Source: Promethearchaeota archaeon (GTDB lineage Archaea; Asgardarchaeota; Lokiarchaeia; Sigyniarchaeales; SOKP01). From it: 64,000 bases of DNA. How positions within the stretch are numbered: the stretch's first letter is position 1; every line of letters begins with the position of its first letter. The stretch lies in contig JAHPZI010000002.1 in NCBI GenBank assembly GCA_019058295.1, positions 1 to 64,000 on the forward strand. Direction: 5' to 3'. The notes under the pieces are model-generated. The model did not search any database. It was not told the DNA's origin and saw only the letters and a list, made by a program, of their open reading frames with translations. Made by a program: the position numbers and the translations under genes. Below are positions 61,088 to 64,000 of this stretch, one piece after another.

Positions 61088-62245
61088 ATGTCAGAAAAAA
61101 CGAGATCTAAAACGAAGTATAATTTTACGGTGGGTCATTTTAATCTTCATGAAAATGATAATATAAATTTTCAACTAAATAGAGCAATTGGTAATGGAGG
61201 GCGTCTTGAGGACATAGAAAAAATAGCTCCTAAAATAAAAGATTTTGTCGATTGGAAACGAGAATTAGTATCAATAGCAGAGCAAGCATTAACTGAAGGC
61301 CGTACTTTAAATGCAGCTATGTATTATAGAGCCGCAGAATTTTTTGTTTTACCAAGTGATCCTGATAAAGAAATTCTTTTTGATAAATTCATTGAACTAT
61401 TTTATAAAGTCTATGAAAATGCCGCTAATGAAAAAGTTGAAATACCTTACGAAAATTCATTTCTTCCTGCTTTTCATCTCAAAAATGACCAAAGTAAAGG
61501 GACAATAGTAATTCATGGGGGATATGATTCTTTTATAGAAGAATTATATAAATTAGCATTGTATTTTAGAGATATGGGCTATGAAGTAGTATTATTTGAA
61601 GGACCTGGGCAAGGAACTGTACTTAAGAAAAATAAATTACATATGACACATGAATGGGAAAAACCGGTGAAAGTAATTCTTGATTATTTTAATTTCGATA
61701 ATGTTATATTGTTAGGACTTTCATTAGGAGGATATCTGGGATTACGCGCAGCTGCTTTTGAACCAAGAATAACAAAAGTCATTGCTTATGATATTATTTA
61801 TGATTTTTTTCAAGTTCTTTTATATGCTGCTGGAGGAAAAACAAAAGAACTTGTTGAATCTATGTTAGAAAAGAATGAACGCTCTCTTCTTAATAAGATT
61901 TTTCAAAGAGTGATGAAGAATAATTTGCTTGTAAATTGGGGTGTAAATCATGGAATGTATGTATTTGGTGCCAAGACTCCCTTTGAGTTCATAGAAAAAT
62001 CAAGATTGTTTTCTACAGCCCAAATCTCTGACCGCATAACCCAAGATGTTTTATTATTGGCAGGATCTAAAGACCATTTTATCCCAGTAGAGATGTTTTA
62101 TAAACAAATAGAAGCGTTAAAAAATGTCAAATCATTAACGTGTAGATTGTTTACAGAGAAAGAACATGCCGCAGGTCATTGCCAATATGGTAATTTGAAG
62201 CTTGCTTTCGATTTTATCCTCAACTGGATAGAAACTACTAATTAA
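61088..62245 (+). CDS. Alpha/beta hydrolase (2,6-dihydropseudooxynicotine hydrolase-like)
   Basis: HGGYDS, FEGPGQG, GLSLGG nucleophile elbow, GHCQ. Confidence 0.85.
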   Translation: MSEKTRSKTKYNFTVGHFNLHENDNINFQLNRAIGNGGRLEDIEKIAPKIKDFVDWKRELVSIAEQALTEGRTLNAAMYYRAAEFFVLPSDPDKEILFDKFIELFYKVYENAANEKVEIPYENSFLPAFHLKNDQSKGTIVIHGGYDSFIEELYKLALYFRDMGYEVVLFEGPGQGTVLKKNKLHMTHEWEKPVKVILDYFNFDNVILLGLSLGGYLGLRAAAFEPRITKVIAYDIIYDFFQVLLYAAGGKTKELVESMLEKNERSLLNKIFQRVMKNNLLVNWGVNHGMYVFGAKTPFEFIEKSRLFSTAQISDRITQDVLLLAGSKDHFIPVEMFYKQIEALKNVKSLTCRLFTEKEHAAGHCQYGNLKLAFDFILNWIETTN

Positions 62246-62290
62246 ACTATAAATAATAATACAGCGTTTTAAGAATAATGTTAAGGGAAG

Positions 62291-62411
62291 ATTTATTGAA
62301 CCTCATTAAAATAGGTTATATATTATAATATGAGCTATACTAATTTAAGTACTACTAAACTTGACTGATCTTGAATATTAACCATATTATCTGTAAATAA
62401 TCTTCTGCTAT
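62291..62411. repeat. 121-bp imperfect direct repeat, copy 2
   Basis: Matches 60254-60374. Confidence 0.9.
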
Positions 62412-62563
62412 AGACATATAGAGTATAATAGAGTATCACTGAAAAATCTTATATATATCAATAATATAACTATTTCATTTCAATTGGAGTAATATTTAGA
62501 GATTCTCTCTTGAATTTACTAAATATTATATAAAATCAAAAACTAATCCATAATTTATATTGG

Positions 62564-63394
62564 TTAAATTTTTTGAAATATTAAAAGAATCGAATGACTA
62601 AAATACTTAGCAAAAATTTTATCTATTAATCCTTTTAATATATGTATAAATTTAGGATTTTCTGCATCCACTAAGAGTTGTAAAGATCTTTTTAAGAAGA
62701 ATTTTAGAAAAAATAATTCATCTTTTAAACCTTTAAGACCAGAATAAGGCTCCACATATACTAATCTAAATTTTTTTTCTTCAAAAGTCTTAATGACTGA
62801 GTTTTTATCTAATACATATTGATAAAAATTATTTGGCTCCTTTTTTTCCAAATAATATTTATTATTAAAAATTCTATACATATTAATTCTCGATTTAAAT
62901 TTCCTAAAGGGTGACATATAAGGGAATGTTAAAAATAAATACCCTTTTGGTTTTATAACTCGCTCCATTTCTTTAAGAATATCATTATAACCATTAAAAT
63001 AATGTTCTATAACTCCTATAGACCAATAACCTGAAAAGAAATTGTCTGGATATTGAATTTGACGAATATCTCCAAACTCTATTTTAAGATTTGGCATTAT
63101 TAAATTAATTTTTTTAACAATATTTTTTGCGTAATCAATACCAATAACATCATATTTCATAAAATTGAGAGAATAAACATTCTGACCTAATCCACATCCT
63201 CCTTCAAGAATTACCCCATTATTTGTTTTTAAAAATTTTTTAGTAATTCTACAAACTAATGATTTTGAATTTGGCTGATAAATATTAGATTTTAATTTTT
63301 TCCAATATTTTAACCATTTAATATTCCAGAAGTTATTTCCTACATTTTTATGAAAATAGATAAGTCTATTTTTCTCAATATCATAAAACTTCAT
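62564..63394 (-). CDS. Class I SAM-dependent methyltransferase
   Basis: ILEGGCGLG, GIDY, GDIR, SIGVIEHY, RVIKPKG. Confidence 0.85.
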   Translation of the reverse strand: MKFYDIEKNRLIYFHKNVGNNFWNIKWLKYWKKLKSNIYQPNSKSLVCRITKKFLKTNNGVILEGGCGLGQNVYSLNFMKYDVIGIDYAKNIVKKINLIMPNLKIEFGDIRQIQYPDNFFSGYWSIGVIEHYFNGYNDILKEMERVIKPKGYLFLTFPYMSPFRKFKSRINMYRIFNNKYYLEKKEPNNFYQYVLDKNSVIKTFEEKKFRLVYVEPYSGLKGLKDELFFLKFFLKRSLQLLVDAENPKFIHILKGLIDKIFAKYFSHSILLIFQKI

Positions 63395-63650
63395 TAAATC
63401 TTAATCCTTATTGTATTTTTTAAAATTCTTAAAGTTAATTACTATTTTATTTTAATTTTAAGTTTTTTTATAATCTTATTAAATTCTCTTATCATTATTT
63501 TAAGATTGGTTAAAAAAAATCTCTAATACTTTCATCAATTTTTTATATAATAAAATTTTTAGATTTTTTTTTCAAATGAAAATTCAGCAAATTTACGCAT
63601 AATATATAAAGTATAAGAATATTCTTTATTTTGGATTTATACACAAAAAA

Positions 63651-63672
63651 ATTTATAAAGGAGCAATACTCC
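63651..63672 (+). promoter_or_regulatory. TATA box plus TetR-type operator GGAGCA-A-TACTCC
   Basis: Same TATA-operator layout as 61021-61042. Confidence 0.65.
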
Positions 63673-63725
63673 TATATAATAGAAATTTTAAAAATATAAA
63701 TTAATAATACAGCGTGTTAGGAATA

Positions 63726-64000
63726 ATGCTAAGCGACGATAAAGAATTTGAAAAGATAGTAGAGATGAGTAAAAAGTCATCTGAAGTAATGGAAGAGATT
63801 GCTAGAATGTCGAAATCTGAAACTGTAGATTTGATAGTTGATCACGAATTAAAAGGCGTTTCTGTGAACGCTCTAGATTGGTGGTGGGGCCATATCGATA
63901 ATACAGAACGCTATAAATTATGGCACCCTAATGATCACATTTCATTTAAATGGGAAAAACCTCCCGAAGAGGGACATTTTGGTGCGATCCATTGCGTTAT
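63726..64000 (+). CDS. DAPG hydrolase (PhlG)-like protein, 3'-truncated by the window edge; absent from the ORF track
   Basis: Manual translation MLSDDKEFEK...HELKGVSVNALDWWWGHIDNTERYKLWHPNDHISFKWE; DWW and RYKLWHP.DH motifs. Confidence 0.7.
   Translation, partial: MLSDDKEFEKIVEMSKKSSEVMEEIARMSKSETVDLIVDHELKGVSVNALDWWWGHIDNTERYKLWHPNDHISFKWEKPPEEGHFGAIHCV

Noticed and set aside
1252-61508. Numerous short ORFs overlapping confident genes (e.g. 1252, 4304, 26523, 27027, 44843, 54484, 61311)
   Set aside because: Antisense or alternate-frame shadows with no motifs.
59318-64000. Integrated mobile element at the tRNA-Pro 3' end
   Set aside because: No integrase or transposase and no duplicated tRNA 3' end within the window; only accessory-looking genes.

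Overview
AT-rich archaeal chromosomal segment, most likely from an Asgard archaeon of the Lokiarchaeia type. The evidence is an eL22-like ribosomal protein, three Rab/Ras-like small GTPases, a longin/roadblock-like protein, form III RuBisCO, CdhD, aIF2-gamma, aIF1A, Spt5 and TFS. Most of the window is housekeeping and metabolism (DAP lysine pathway, leuCD, argG, acyl-CoA enzymes, a LysR/DsrE/TusA/double-cubane reductase cluster), with a small accessory region after tRNA-Pro. The main signals are RNA-level and invisible in the ORF track. (1) A 5S rRNA gene is circularly permuted: its 3' half precedes its 5' half, and the unit sits in a flanking stem with a bulge-helix-bulge (BHB)-like junction whose cleavage and ligation would exactly rebuild the conserved CCGGAA/GUUAA sequence. 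(2) A 30-nt canonical BHB intron with an in-frame stop interrupts argG at the Asp codon of the SGGLDT motif. (3) tRNA-Pro(TGG) has a canonical BHB intron. (4) A candidate box C/D guide RNA is complementary to SSU rRNA helix 34. Together these suggest the tRNA-splicing endonuclease/ligase system processes tRNA, mRNA and rRNA in this organism. Further observations are probable ATT start codons, LysR and TetR operators, a 'ghost' duplicate of intergenic regions with the genes removed, a radA-like relic and an HhH-fused aIF2-gamma. All calls were made by eye; no database searches or folding programs were run.
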